IMG/VR virus record: IMGVR_UViG_3300002835_000025
Strand: one strand, 5' to 3'
DNA from: a virus
DNA length: 64,000 bases
Below the pieces are notes generated by a model that saw only the letters and a program-made list of their open reading frames with translations, was not told the DNA's origin and did no database searches. Within the stretch, counting starts at the first letter, position 1. Every line of letters begins with the position of its first letter. Positions 26,406-36,062 of this stretch are shown one piece after another. Made by a program: the position numbers and the translations under genes.

Positions 26406-29400
26406 ATGTTTACATTAGCAGCAAATAGATCGGATGAGGAAGGACAACTATACTCAGATGATGTCTTTAGTACATATTTGTACACTGGCAACGGTTCGAC
26501 ACAGACAATCAATAATGGGATTTCATTAGCAAGTACAACAGGTTTCAGTTCACAAGTCGTATCAACTACAGGTTCTGCTAACATTTCATGTTCTGCAATA
26601 TATGGATCAGATACCTATCTTGGCGGATATGTAATAGAAAGCACATACGGTCGTCCTTTTATTGTTAAAGTATCAGGAGGATCTGTAGTCTGGAGTAAAA
26701 CTATACGAGAAGTAGATTTTGGTCCACATGATTATGTTGGAACAACTTCTATTAAAGTAGACTCTACAGGTGTGTATGTTTGTGGTGGAACTGTATCATC
26801 TTCTACGTGGTATACATTTGTATGTAAATTTGATCTTTCCGGCACCTTGCTGTGGCAAACGTATATAAAAACTAACAATCCAAATTATCCTGCTACGCGT
26901 TCAAAACTAACAATTGATGAATCTAATCAAGTATATGTCGCATCAACTGCCGGCGATGCAGAGGGGAGCGGGTATGTTCAAATTACAAAATTAACATCTA
27001 GTGGTGTGCAATCTTGGAGTAAAAAATTAGATAGATATACTACTATGGATGTTAATATTGCTTATGATTCATTAACAAGTTCAATAATAGTTAGTACTAC
27101 ATCTTCAGATGGAGTGACTAATGCTACCATTATAATAAAAATAGCAAGTTCTGATGGTACATTAGCATGGTCAAAATTAATTTATTATACATTGCAGAAT
27201 TTTGATCCAGGAACTACTAGAGTTAAAAATATTTTGATTGATTCTAGTTCTAATATTATTCTTCAAATATTAGCAACTAGTATGAATTCCAACAATTCAC
27301 AAGCTAGTCATATAATTAAATTAAATTCAAGTGGTGCTACAGTTTTTGGTAGAGCTGGTTATAATTCTTTACGGTCAGCATCATATAAGTATTATACCTC
27401 ATGTTTAGACTCATCTGATAATATATACGTTTCATCGTATAATTATACTGAAAATGGACTAAATTACATATTTAAGTTGAATTCAAGCGGTACTCTAATA
27501 TGGTCAAGAACACTGGATCATACTGGTACGGATGCAGTCATAGGTATGGTAATAAGTGGTAATAATCTCATAATAACCTGCTATGATGAAGTAAAAAACA
27601 CTACAGAAATTATTACATTAGATAAAGATAATCCACGAGATTCTGCAACTACATCTGTAGGAACTATTGGACTAACTACTGGCAACTGGGTCGATTCAAC
27701 TGCATATGGTGCTATAGCTAATTATGTTACTGATGGGTCAACTACTTATGGTGCTGCAAGTGCAATAGTTGTCGGAACTGCAAATCTTACTATTAATAAT
27801 CCAGTAGGTACTCTATCAACAACTGCAGCAATAAATTATTCGGCTATTAACAGTTCTGGTGGGATGGTTTGGTGTAAAAGCCGAACAGATACAAGATACC
27901 ATTCATTAAACGATACTATTAGAGGAACAGGAAGCTCTTTAGCTTCAAACGCAGTGGATGCTGCTGCGGTAAACTCTGCTAACGGTATGTATGCGTATAA
28001 TTCAAATGGCTTTACCGCTAATGTTGACCCAGACACTAATGGCACTGGTAGAAACTACGCCTCATGGACATTCCGCAAAGCCGCGAAGTTTTTTGATGTG
28101 GTGACTTGGACAGGGAATGCAGCAAATAGAACTATTGCGCATAATCTTGGTGTTGCTCCTGGAATGATAATTGTTAAGCGTACAGATTCAACATCAAATT
28201 GGTCTGTATATCACAGGCAACTTGGCGTTGAGCAAGGTTACGAAGGAAAAGATTTTCATATTTGGTTAAATCTTACAAATGCAGCCGACGGAATTTCAGA
28301 TTATTGGAATCGAACTGCTCCTACTACTAATACCTTTTCTATCGGCGCAAACGCTCAGGTAAACACTAATGGTGCAACCTATATTGCCTACCTATTCGCT
28401 GACGACACGTCATCAACTGGGATTATTCAGTGTGGGTCGTTTACTGCGGATAGCATTGGTAATGCGTCTGTGAATTTGGGGTGGGAACCGCAATACTTAA
28501 TGTTTAAAAATGCTAGTGGTATCGGTGGCTGGCAAATGCGAGATACTATGAGAGGTTTTTTTGTAAAACCCAATACATCGTCAAAAGGACTTGCTGCAAA
28601 TTCTTCCAATGCTGAAGGCGGCGAAGGGGATATGTGTCTTACGAATACAGGGTTTTCAACGGAGGGGAGCGGTGGGCTATCACCATCTAAAACCTACATC
28701 TACATGGCAATCCGTCGCCCAAACAAGCCACCTACAACGGGGACGCAGGTTTATGCGACTGATACATCAGGATCTTCTTCGCCAACTCCACCAACATACA
28801 AAGGTAATTTCCCAGTTGATTTAGGGTTTTATAAACGCACTACATCTGTTACGCCTTGGTATGTTTCAAACAGACTATGTGGAAAAAGCCAATTGAAGTT
28901 TAACACTACTGAAGCTGAGGCTGCATCTAATGATGCAACGTTCGATTTTCAAAACGGTTTTGGTGGGTCAACGTTGACAAGTTCTATAGATAGAGGGTGG
29001 ATGTTCAAACGTGCTCCTGGATTCATGGATGTGGTTTGTTATACAGGAACTGGAGTTGCTAGAACGGTTGCGCATAACTTGACTGTTGCGCCAGAGTTGA
29101 TTATACAAAAAAATAGAAGTGCAGCGGATGCTTGGGAAGTAGCAAGTGCATATTTACCTAATCCAAATCAAGATGTTGTACGTTTAAATACCACCGGAGC
29201 TGTTCTTAGCACTGGTGTCGATTACATATATAATAGAACAGCCACTTCTGTGACTTTTTCTAGTTATCTGGCAAATTCGGGTTCTAATTACGTTGCCTAC
29301 CTATTCGCCACACTAGCTGGAATAAGCAAGGTTGGTTCCTACACAGGTAACGGAACAAGTCAAAATATCGAATGTGCATTTGCGGCTGGGGCAAGGTTCG

Positions 29401-29621
29401 TCTTGGTAAAAGCTACCTCAACTACTGGTGACTGGTTAGTGGCCGATACTGCTAGAGGAATCGTATCTGGAAATGATCCAAGATTATCTCTTAATTCAAC
29501 AGCGGCTGAAGTTACCGATGAAGATTGGTTAGATCCTTATGCGCCTGGATTTACGGTAAACCAAACAACTGCTTCAGCAAATGCTTCTGGAGTATCCTAC
29601 ATCTTCTTAGCAATTTCTTAG
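26406..29621 (+). CDS. fibre-tip / receptor-binding protein with a beta-propeller-like insert
   Basis: FSTYLYTGNG, FFDVVTWTGN...IAHNLGVAPGMIIVKRTD and YIAYLFA repeats; repeated KLxSSGxxxWS blades at aa ~50-410. Confidence 0.7.
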   Translation: MFTLAANRSDEEGQLYSDDVFSTYLYTGNGSTQTINNGISLASTTGFSSQVVSTTGSANISCSAIYGSDTYLGGYVIESTYGRPFIVKVSGGSVVWSKTIREVDFGPHDYVGTTSIKVDSTGVYVCGGTVSSSTWYTFVCKFDLSGTLLWQTYIKTNNPNYPATRSKLTIDESNQVYVASTAGDAEGSGYVQITKLTSSGVQSWSKKLDRYTTMDVNIAYDSLTSSIIVSTTSSDGVTNATIIIKIASSDGTLAWSKLIYYTLQNFDPGTTRVKNILIDSSSNIILQILATSMNSNNSQASHIIKLNSSGATVFGRAGYNSLRSASYKYYTSCLDSSDNIYVSSYNYTENGLNYIFKLNSSGTLIWSRTLDHTGTDAVIGMVISGNNLIITCYDEVKNTTEIITLDKDNPRDSATTSVGTIGLTTGNWVDSTAYGAIANYVTDGSTTYGAASAIVVGTANLTINNPVGTLSTTAAINYSAINSSGGMVWCKSRTDTRYHSLNDTIRGTGSSLASNAVDAAAVNSANGMYAYNSNGFTANVDPDTNGTGRNYASWTFRKAAKFFDVVTWTGNAANRTIAHNLGVAPGMIIVKRTDSTSNWSVYHRQLGVEQGYEGKDFHIWLNLTNAADGISDYWNRTAPTTNTFSIGANAQVNTNGATYIAYLFADDTSSTGIIQCGSFTADSIGNASVNLGWEPQYLMFKNASGIGGWQMRDTMRGFFVKPNTSSKGLAANSSNAEGGEGDMCLTNTGFSTEGSGGLSPSKTYIYMAIRRPNKPPTTGTQVYATDTSGSSSPTPPTYKGNFPVDLGFYKRTTSVTPWYVSNRLCGKSQLKFNTTEAEAASNDATFDFQNGFGGSTLTSSIDRGWMFKRAPGFMDVVCYTGTGVARTVAHNLTVAPELIIQKNRSAADAWEVASAYLPNPNQDVVRLNTTGAVLSTGVDYIYNRTATSVTFSSYLANSGSNYVAYLFATLAGISKVGSYTGNGTSQNIECAFAAGARFVLVKATSTTGDWLVADTARGIVSGNDPRLSLNSTAAEVTDEDWLDPYAPGFTVNQTTASANASGVSYIFLAIS

Positions 29622-29629
29622 GAAACAAA

Positions 29630-30109
29630 ATGGAAATTATCTTTACAAAAACACTACAAGTGGTTTCTGAACAGGAATTCAGAAACCTTAATGCTAACAC
29701 TAGTTTCCCTCCAATCATTACTGAAGATATCCTAGCAGATTTTGGTGCTTCTCCAGTTTTTGAAGGTGAACAAGCTACTACGACTACGCCTTATCAATAT
29801 TCGTTCCGTAATGGTGTTAAAGAGGTAAATGGAAAATATTTTACAAATTATGTTCTAGGACCAGTCTTTACTGATAATGAAAACCAAACTGCTATTGAAC
29901 AAGAAACTGAATACAAAGCACGAATTGATACCCAACAAGGTACTTCTGTAAGAAACACAAGAAACCAGTTATTGAAGGATACTGATTGGACTCAAGTATT
30001 GGATGCTCCAGTTGATAAAGATGCTTGGTCGATATATAGACAAGAATTAAGGGATATCACTAGCCAAGAAGGATTTCCTTTTACTATAGTTTGGCCAACT
30101 CAACCATAA
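29630..30109 (+). CDS. tail fibre assembly chaperone-like protein (start re-called at ATG 29630)
   Basis: VRNTRNQLLKDTDWTQVLDAP...WSIYRQELRDITSQEGFPFTIVWPTQP. Confidence 0.8.
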   Translation: MEIIFTKTLQVVSEQEFRNLNANTSFPPIITEDILADFGASPVFEGEQATTTTPYQYSFRNGVKEVNGKYFTNYVLGPVFTDNENQTAIEQETEYKARIDTQQGTSVRNTRNQLLKDTDWTQVLDAPVDKDAWSIYRQELRDITSQEGFPFTIVWPTQP

Positions 30110-30120
30110 GGAAATAAGAA

Positions 30121-30681
30121 ATGGCAAAAAGTCTTTCAAATATTATAAGAGCAGGCGGTGGTACTAATCCACTACAGGTTGCTAACGGTGGCACTGGATC
30201 AACAACATTAACTGGATTACTAAAAGGAAATGGAACAAATGCTTTAACATTAGCAGTTCCTGGAACTGATTATCTTGCACCAAGTGGAGCATTAGGCACT
30301 CCAACAAGCGGTACGCTGTCATCTTGTACGGTTGATGGAACAAATGGCGTTGGCTATATTAACATCCCTCAAAACAGCCAATCTGCCGCCTACACACTTG
30401 TTGCTGCTGATGCTGGAAAGCATATTTTCCACCCATCAACTGATGCTAATGCTCGGACATTTACTATCCCTGCCAATAGCTCAGTAGCGTATCCAATCGG
30501 TACAGCAATTTCGTTTGTTAACATGACATCTCAAGTCGTTAGTATTGCAATCACAACTGACACGATGTATTTAGCTGGCACAGGAACAACAGGTACGCGT
30601 TCACTTGCGCAATACGGTACAGCAACAGCACTTAAAATGACATCGATAACTTGGATTATTTCTGGTGCGGGGTTGACCTAA
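30121..30681 (+). CDS. short fibre protein
   Basis: VANGGTG..TLTGLLKGNG; IPQNSQSAAYTLVAADAGK...TIPANSSVAYPIGT...WIISGAGLT. Confidence 0.7.
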   Translation: MAKSLSNIIRAGGGTNPLQVANGGTGSTTLTGLLKGNGTNALTLAVPGTDYLAPSGALGTPTSGTLSSCTVDGTNGVGYINIPQNSQSAAYTLVAADAGKHIFHPSTDANARTFTIPANSSVAYPIGTAISFVNMTSQVVSIAITTDTMYLAGTGTTGTRSLAQYGTATALKMTSITWIISGAGLT

Positions 30682-31508
30682 TGAGTGGGATTCTTCAAAT
30701 GTTAACTGGCGGAACTTATATTAAACCAACGTCTATTATTGATTATTTAATTGTTGCTGGTGGCGGTGGCGGTGGTCGTTATTATTCCGGTGGTGGTGGT
30801 GCTGGTGGCTTGCTCAGTGGTAGTAGTTTTCCACTTGAGGCTGGAACTTCTTACACAGTAACTGTTGGTGCTGGCGGAGCCGCTGGTACAGTTGGTAGCG
30901 GTAGTGTAGGAGTTGCTGGTAGTAATTCGGTATTTTTTAGCCTTACGGCTACGGGTGGTGGTTACGGTGCAGGAACAAGTGTCGGAGCAGTTGCCGGTGG
31001 TGCTGGCGGTTCTGGAGGTGGTGCTGGCGGTAATGGTTCAGCCGCAGGAGGGGCTGCTACATCAGGCCAGGGTAGTGCTGGCCGTACAAAAATTACTGGA
31101 CTTGGCGGTGCTGGCGGTGGCGGTGCAGGTGCTACTGGCGGAGCCGCCTATGGTGATGGTGGAGGAGGCGGTGGTGGTGTAGGTTTAGCATCGTCTATTA
31201 CTGGTACTTCTGTGTTTTACGCTGGTGGAGGGGGAGGTAGTTACGACCCTAGCGTAGGCGGAAATGGTGGTGGCGGTAATGGCGCAAATGATTCTATACC
31301 TGCAACTTCGGGTACGGCAAATACAGGCGGTGGCGGTGGCGGTGGATCAAGTCCACAAGTAGGTGGTGCTGGTGGTTCTGGTGTGGTTATTATTCGTTAT
31401 CCAGACAGTTACAGCGCGGCATCGTCAACAACTGGCTCACCAACTATTACAGTTACGGGTGGATATCGCATTTATAAATTTACATCATCTGGTTCAATTA
31501 CATTCTAA
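30681..31508 (+). CDS. glycine-rich fibre-tip protein (start re-called at ATG 30681)
   Basis: DYLIVAGGGGGG...GGGGAGG...GGSGVVIIRYP...IYKFTSSGSITF. Confidence 0.75.
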   Translation: MSGILQMLTGGTYIKPTSIIDYLIVAGGGGGGRYYSGGGGAGGLLSGSSFPLEAGTSYTVTVGAGGAAGTVGSGSVGVAGSNSVFFSLTATGGGYGAGTSVGAVAGGAGGSGGGAGGNGSAAGGAATSGQGSAGRTKITGLGGAGGGGAGATGGAAYGDGGGGGGGVGLASSITGTSVFYAGGGGGSYDPSVGGNGGGGNGANDSIPATSGTANTGGGGGGGSSPQVGGAGGSGVVIIRYPDSYSAASSTTGSPTITVTGGYRIYKFTSSGSITF

Positions 31509-31517
31509 AGGTTACTT

Positions 31518-31862
31518 ATGAGTCATTTTGCAAAAGTAGAAAATGGAATCGTCACGCAAGTAATTGTTGCAGAGCAAATCGTGATTGATTCTAAACTATT
31601 TGGTGACGGTTGGATTCAAACATCATACAACACTCACGGTGGAAAGCATCCAAATAATACACCACTACGAAAAAATTATGCAGGTGTTGGGTATATATAC
31701 AATGAGGGGTTAGATGCTTTTTATGCACCGCAACCTTATTTATCTTGGACGTTAGATATAGAATCTTGTTTATGGCAATCACCTGTACCTTATCCACAAG
31801 ACGGTAAAATCTATTACTGGGATGAACCGTCTGTATCTTGGGTTGAGCAAACGGTACAATAA
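31518..31862 (+). CDS. fibre-associated small protein
   Basis: MSHFAKV...WIQTSYNT...LRKNYAGVGY...WQSPVPYP; follows the Gly-rich gene. Confidence 0.7.
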   Translation: MSHFAKVENGIVTQVIVAEQIVIDSKLFGDGWIQTSYNTHGGKHPNNTPLRKNYAGVGYIYNEGLDAFYAPQPYLSWTLDIESCLWQSPVPYPQDGKIYYWDEPSVSWVEQTVQ

Positions 31863-31863
31863 C

Positions 31864-32577
31864 ATGACAACACCACTAATACTAGCACAATTTAGCAATC
31901 TTGCTTATAACGATAACCAGGACTTCCCTGGTTATCAAAACATTCTAATCGATAAGAAAGGTTCTCAAGCCTATTTCCTATTCAATATAGACACTATCAT
32001 TATAGTTTGCCGAGGCACTCAAGTTACCGAGTGGCAAGACATAGTTGCTGATATTAGATTCAAACTTGTGCCTAGTAGTTCTGGTATTGGTAAAGTCCAT
32101 AAAGGATTCAAAGCATCCGTTGACCATATCTGGGACGATATAGTCAAACTTTTAAAGAAATATCCTAATCGTAGAGTGTATCTTACTGGACATTCATTAG
32201 GTGCTGCAATGGCTACTCTTATGGCGGCAAGATGTCATCGAACAGAAGGTATGCCTAATCCAACACTGTATACCTTTGGTTCTCCTAGAGTCGGTAATCT
32301 TACCTACATTAGATTCTTGAATAGTCTTAACATAGAACATTATCGGTTTGTTAATAATACTGATATTGTTACTCGTAATCCAATCTTTCCTTATAAGCAT
32401 CATGGCAAATTGATGTACTTTGATCACTATGGTGACGTAAGAACCTTCAATAGTTGGCAAAGAATAAAAGACCGTGTAAAAGGATTCTGGTTTGGAATCA
32501 AGAAGGGAAAACTGAATTTACTTGATAATCATTTTATGAATAACTATATCGAGAACATCAAGCGAAATTCTTTATAA
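31864..32577 (+). CDS. class 3 lipase (alpha/beta hydrolase; start re-called at ATG 31864)
   Basis: CRGT, VHKGF, LTGHSLGAAMA (GxSxG nucleophile), YTFGSPRVGN, RFVNNTDIV and a C-terminal His (DNHFMNNY). Confidence 0.88.
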   Translation: MTTPLILAQFSNLAYNDNQDFPGYQNILIDKKGSQAYFLFNIDTIIIVCRGTQVTEWQDIVADIRFKLVPSSSGIGKVHKGFKASVDHIWDDIVKLLKKYPNRRVYLTGHSLGAAMATLMAARCHRTEGMPNPTLYTFGSPRVGNLTYIRFLNSLNIEHYRFVNNTDIVTRNPIFPYKHHGKLMYFDHYGDVRTFNSWQRIKDRVKGFWFGIKKGKLNLLDNHFMNNYIENIKRNSL

Positions 32578-32580
32578 ATA
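32573..32580 (+). promoter_or_regulatory. late promoter TATAAATA
   Basis: Exact consensus 31 nt upstream of the ORF at 32612. Confidence 0.75.
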
Positions 32581-32611
32581 GTCGTATAGATACTTTATAA
32601 GGATATGAACA

Positions 32612-32842
32612 ATGGCAACACTAACCCTAAGAAATGTTAAGGGTTCACCTCTTACAAATCAAGAAGCAGACGATAACTTATCGAATCTGAATACTGAACT
32701 TGGTACTAAACAGAATGCACTAGTTTCGGGTACAAATATCAAAACTATTAACGGTGTATCATTATTAGGATCTGGTGACATCTCATCGAGTGGAGTCTCA
32801 CTAGGAAAATCAATAGCAATGTCCATCGCCTTTGGGGGGTAA
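32612..32842 (+). CDS. short fibre anchor/adaptor (LRxxKGSPLT domain)
   Basis: N-terminus is paralogous to ORF 24804; LVSGTNIKTINGVSLLGSGDI; C-terminal GKSIAMSIAFGG. Confidence 0.75.
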   Translation: MATLTLRNVKGSPLTNQEADDNLSNLNTELGTKQNALVSGTNIKTINGVSLLGSGDISSSGVSLGKSIAMSIAFGG

Positions 32843-32845
32843 TAT

Positions 32846-33241
32846 ATGGCAAATCCAAATATAATAAACATTACAGCAATGTATGGTAAGACTACATATC
32901 TAACACCCGCGGTTACAACTGCGGTCGTATTATTGACAAACCCCAGTGGTAGCGGTAAAGTATATAAAGTAAATCAAATTTTAGCAGCTAATGTTGACGG
33001 GACAAATAGTATTAACGCCACTATATCAAATTATAGTAACGGTGCAGTAGCTCAAGGTTCTGCTCCTAGTGGCGGTACTGCATATCCATTAATTTATCTA
33101 GTGTCTGTTCCGGCAGGTGCAACTCTGAATGTAGTTGATAAATCTACTTCTATTTATCTGGAAGAAGGTACATCTATTACTGTAACTTCGGGAACAGCTA
33201 GTAAAATCACTTACACTATAAGTTATGAAGACATTTCATAA
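32846..33241 (+). CDS. fibre-associated small protein
   Basis: MANPNI...SGKVYKVNQILAANVDG...VPAGATL...IYLEEG...ISYEDIS. Confidence 0.65.
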   Translation: MANPNIINITAMYGKTTYLTPAVTTAVVLLTNPSGSGKVYKVNQILAANVDGTNSINATISNYSNGAVAQGSAPSGGTAYPLIYLVSVPAGATLNVVDKSTSIYLEEGTSITVTSGTASKITYTISYEDIS

Positions 33242-33253
33242 GGAGACTTTCTA

Positions 33254-35179
33254 ATGGTTAATCGTTGGAAAGGTAATTTTGTTGTAGCAGCAGCAACTAC
33301 TTCTAGTGGTACGGATTACACTGGGAAAGCTAATGGTGCTTGGGGTTTAAATAGTCAACTGCAACAAAAGCAAGGTGGTCTTTGGGCTAAAGGAATTGGT
33401 GTACCTTCTGCACCGACTATTGGAACAGCCATAAAAGATAACGCTTCAGCAATAGTTTCTTTTACACCACCTTCAGATACAGGAGGACAACCTATTACTA
33501 GTTACACCGTAACAAGCTCTCCTAGTAATATAACCGCCACAGGTTCTTCTAGCCCAATTACAATAACAGGATTAACTAACGGAACAGCTTATACTTTTAC
33601 AGTAACCGCGACAAACTCAGTAGGTACAAGTCTGCCGTCCGCTGCTAGTAATAGTGTGACGCCAAGTATTCAACCAACAATAGGTCAAGCGTATGGAGGT
33701 GGTTTTTATGCTGGTCAGATTAATGATTCGGGTACAATCTACAATTTAGTTGTTGCACCTAAAGCTACTGGAAATGTTGGTAATACCACATGGGGTCCAA
33801 GTGGAGTAACAACTGGATTTACTTCAACAATTAATGGACCAGTAAACTCAGCGGGACTGGCTGCATTAGGAGCTACTTATCCTGCTGCTACATTCTGTGA
33901 GAACTTGACTATTGGTGGTTATAGCGATTGGTATTTACCGGCTAGAGATGAGCTTGAGGTTTGCTATTATTTCTTAAAACCGACAGCAGATAATAATGAT
34001 ATTCGGTCTGGAAGTAATGCTTATGCTATTGCACCAGAACCTATTAGTACAAATCACACTCCTACTTCACCTGCTCAGACGATTGCAGGTATTGGGTTTA
34101 GAGATGGTGAAACTAATGCGTTTACAATTTCTCCACAACATTATTACCGCACATCAACAGAATTAGATAGCACTAATGATATGCTTTTAAGTTTTCTTAC
34201 AGGATTTGTTAACTCTTACGGTAAAACTTGGAACGGTGGTTCAGTCAGAGCTATTCGTAGAATTTATAATTCTCCTTTTGTTCAACAAGAACCAAATGCT
34301 CCTACTATTACTAGTGTTACTGTAAATAATATTACTGCAACTATTAATTTTACAGCACCAAGTTTTGACGGAAATGCCATTATTATAAGTTATACAGCTA
34401 CAAGTTCTTTTGGAGAAACAGGAAGTGTAACTCAAAGAGGTAGTGGTTCTATAAATGTTAATATTCAAGCATTTAGAGATACTACATTTACTGTAGTAGC
34501 TACAAATTTGATAGGTAATAGTGCGCCAAGTAATACAAGTGCATCCATTAGCGGAGGTCCGCTTATCGGACAATCTTATGGTGGTGGATTCTACGCAGGT
34601 AAAATTTCTACTACAGCTAATGGCATCGCAACCCATGCGCTTATTGTTGCACCTAGAGCTACTGGTTTTGCAAGTAAAAAATGGGGTCCAACTGGAGTGA
34701 CTACAGGTATTGTTTCTCAGATAAATGGACCTGCTAATAGCGCATCTTTAGCTGCTTTAGGAAGCTCTTATGAAGGTGCCACTTTCTGCGAAGGATTAAC
34801 TATTGGTGGTTATACTGATTGGTACTTACCGGCTAAACTAGAAGTAGAAGTAATCTGGTGGTATTTAAGAACAGGTGTTGAAAATTCTCCTGCCCCTTAT
34901 GATGGAGTTACAGGTAAAAACCCATATGCCGTAGCACCAGAACCTATAGATACTGCTTATGTATGGTCGACTTCGTATCCACAATCTTGGATAAATACTT
35001 CGCCAACAATATTTAAATCTGGTGGTATAGAGGCTTACAATGATGATTTTACTTTAACAAGTACAGAAGCAAATTCGAATAGTTATGAAGCAGTTTATAT
35101 GTACACAGTTTGGTGGCATAATGATAATAAATTTACTCATGCTCGCCCAACTAGAGCAGTAAGAAGAATAGCGATATAA
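33254..35179 (+). CDS. adhesin-like protein: (FN3 + DUF1566/Lcl-like domain) x2
   Basis: FN3 motif PSAPTIG...GLTNGTAYTFTVTATN; two copies of IGQxYGGGFYAG...FCExLTIGGYxDWYLPAxxExE...STE...RAxRRI. Confidence 0.75.
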   Translation: MVNRWKGNFVVAAATTSSGTDYTGKANGAWGLNSQLQQKQGGLWAKGIGVPSAPTIGTAIKDNASAIVSFTPPSDTGGQPITSYTVTSSPSNITATGSSSPITITGLTNGTAYTFTVTATNSVGTSLPSAASNSVTPSIQPTIGQAYGGGFYAGQINDSGTIYNLVVAPKATGNVGNTTWGPSGVTTGFTSTINGPVNSAGLAALGATYPAATFCENLTIGGYSDWYLPARDELEVCYYFLKPTADNNDIRSGSNAYAIAPEPISTNHTPTSPAQTIAGIGFRDGETNAFTISPQHYYRTSTELDSTNDMLLSFLTGFVNSYGKTWNGGSVRAIRRIYNSPFVQQEPNAPTITSVTVNNITATINFTAPSFDGNAIIISYTATSSFGETGSVTQRGSGSINVNIQAFRDTTFTVVATNLIGNSAPSNTSASISGGPLIGQSYGGGFYAGKISTTANGIATHALIVAPRATGFASKKWGPTGVTTGIVSQINGPANSASLAALGSSYEGATFCEGLTIGGYTDWYLPAKLEVEVIWWYLRTGVENSPAPYDGVTGKNPYAVAPEPIDTAYVWSTSYPQSWINTSPTIFKSGGIEAYNDDFTLTSTEANSNSYEAVYMYTVWWHNDNKFTHARPTRAVRRIAI

Positions 35180-35189
35180 AGGACAATCT

Positions 35190-35618
35190 ATGTATATACA
35201 ACTAACAAACATTGATGCAAATACTAAAATACTTTGCACACAAGAACCAATGAAAACTGGACCAGTTTTACCAGATGTAAAAGGTTTTCAATTTAACTTT
35301 GCTAATGAAAGTATCTATCCAATAGATACAAGTTCAGAAGGAACTTATTTAGAAACTCCTTTATACTATGGTACTTGTGATGATGACGCTGATACTTCTC
35401 TAACAGGAGTAGTTAAAGTGCTTACCGAAGCAGAGTTTAATGCAGATAAACAAGCAGAACATCAAGCTAGAAAACCATATCCTTCTTGGGTAGGTGACTT
35501 AGCTACTATGAGCTGGCAACCTCCAGTTCCTTATCCTCAAGATGGCAATTATTACTATTGGGGTGAACCTACTACTTCATGGGTATTAGTTAATGCTCAA
35601 TCTGCTCCTTCAGCTTAA
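35190..35618 (+). CDS. fibre-associated chaperone-like protein
   Basis: C-terminus PYPSW...WQPPVPYPQDG..YYW.E...SWV is shared with ORF 31518. Confidence 0.65.
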   Translation: MYIQLTNIDANTKILCTQEPMKTGPVLPDVKGFQFNFANESIYPIDTSSEGTYLETPLYYGTCDDDADTSLTGVVKVLTEAEFNADKQAEHQARKPYPSWVGDLATMSWQPPVPYPQDGNYYYWGEPTTSWVLVNAQSAPSA

Positions 35619-35630
35619 TCTTGAAAAGCT

Positions 35631-35820
35631 ATGGACTTTCTAAACTTTATCACTGAAGTAGGATTTCCAATAGCGGCTGCTTGCTTGGGGACAAAATGAT
35701 TCTGGTCAACTAGGACTAGGAAATATTACTAGCTATTCTAGTCCAAAACAAGTCGGTTCGCTAACATCATGGAGTAGGATATTATCAAGTAGACACAATC
35801 TTGCTTTACAAAATGCTTAA
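35631..35820 (+). pseudogene. deletion scar: 5' fragment of a holin-like membrane protein joined out of frame to the 3' end of an RCC1-repeat gene
   Basis: 35631: MDFLNFITEVGFPIAAAC(LGTK*). 35683-35820, other frame: AWGQNDSGQLGLGNITSYSSPKQVGSLTSWSRILSSRHNLALQNA*, with no start codon. Confidence 0.75.
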
Positions 35821-35823
35821 CAA

Positions 35824-35831
35824 TATAAATA
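35824..35831 (+). promoter_or_regulatory. late promoter TATAAATA
   Basis: Exact consensus upstream of the gene run starting at 35868. Confidence 0.75.
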
Positions 35832-35867
35832 TAGAGTAAGTTTACTATTTTAATAATGAGGAATAAT

Positions 35868-36062
35868 ATGAGTTTAATTTTTACAACTAAAGGCGACCTT
35901 GAAGAATCTTTATTGGTCAAAACAGAAGGATCTGATGAATCTGAAAATGAAATTTCAAATTGGACTGAATATCATTTAGATGATGAACTTGTCAGACGTG
36001 ATGTTCATTTAATACTTAAACAACCCGCAGCATTTACAGATACCGTAATAGGAGAATTTTAA
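35868..36062 (+). CDS. small acidic hypothetical protein
   Basis: GAGGA RBS before ATG 35868; LIFTTKGDLEESLLVKTEG...WTEYHLDDELVRRDVH; stop overlaps the next start. Confidence 0.7.
   Translation: MSLIFTTKGDLEESLLVKTEGSDESENEISNWTEYHLDDELVRRDVHLILKQPAAFTDTVIGEF

Noticed and set aside
33254-35855. A complete diversity-generating retroelement
   Set aside because: There is no reverse transcriptase and no adenine-variant template repeat in the window; the adjacent non-coding stretch is a holin/RCC1 scar.
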